Source: Octopus sinensis
Lineage: Eukaryota
Direction of reading: 5' to 3'
Length of the DNA stretch: 64,000 bases
Assembly (NCBI RefSeq): GCF_006345805.1
Contig: NC_043003.1
Span: 55,924,001 to 55,988,000, forward strand
The position numbers were made by a program, and so were the translations under genes. The first letter of the stretch is position 1. Each line of letters starts with the position of its first letter. A model generated the notes under the pieces. That model saw nothing but the letters and a program-made list of their open reading frames with translations, was not told the DNA's origin and did not search any database. Positions 63,901-64,000 of the stretch are shown one piece after another.

Positions 63901-64000
63901 TGCAAAGAAGGTGAAAATAATGGCAACGAAAAAAGCGCACGAGCAATTGGCTGATAGGTGGGAGGAGAAACCTCTGCACGGCAAATATGTGACCCGCAGC
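60943..64000 (+). mobile_element. R4/Dong-clade non-LTR retrotransposon, 5' region and RT, frameshifted, truncated by the window end
   Basis: N-terminal KWTREEYKEVIYAYY...KLANVRRDILRNNRL segment, then NYRPITCLSTTYKILTSI, EQKGCRR...GCKDQLLIN, AWIDYKK, GIFQGDSLSPLIFC, MDDLKLYG, LEKCAK, HPKADVDRLYLPR and WEEKPLHGKY. Begins immediately after an AAT-rich tract. Confidence 0.93.

Overview
AT-rich, microsatellite-dense eukaryotic DNA. The SINE, LINE and Penelope content suggests a cephalopod, probably Octopus (inference, no search run). There is no rRNA, CRISPR array or prokaryotic operon, and no multi-exon host gene could be established. Most ORF-track entries are microsatellite artefacts. Supported content: (i) an intronless, 5'-truncated DHHC palmitoyltransferase (ZDHHC1/11-like) reading frame at 16197-16994 with one internal TAG, lying inside a Penelope-like element (PLE) between the element's Zn linker and its GIY-YIG endonuclease; (ii) several other PLE remnants and seven minimal type-I hammerhead ribozyme motifs, of which only 49740-49785 has an intact core; (iii) a 4.7-kb Tx1/L1-clade LINE with (GATA)n on both flanks; (iv) R4/Dong-clade LINE pieces next to (TAA)n, including a long copy running off the window end; (v) a decayed Helitron helicase; (vi) many tRNA-derived SINEs and mariner/hAT-type MITE remnants; (vii) a structured 355-bp tandem repeat carrying G-quadruplex motifs; (viii) a 1.56-kb tandem duplication that may be an assembly artefact. 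All family assignments come from manual motif reading. Coordinates of degenerate elements are approximate.
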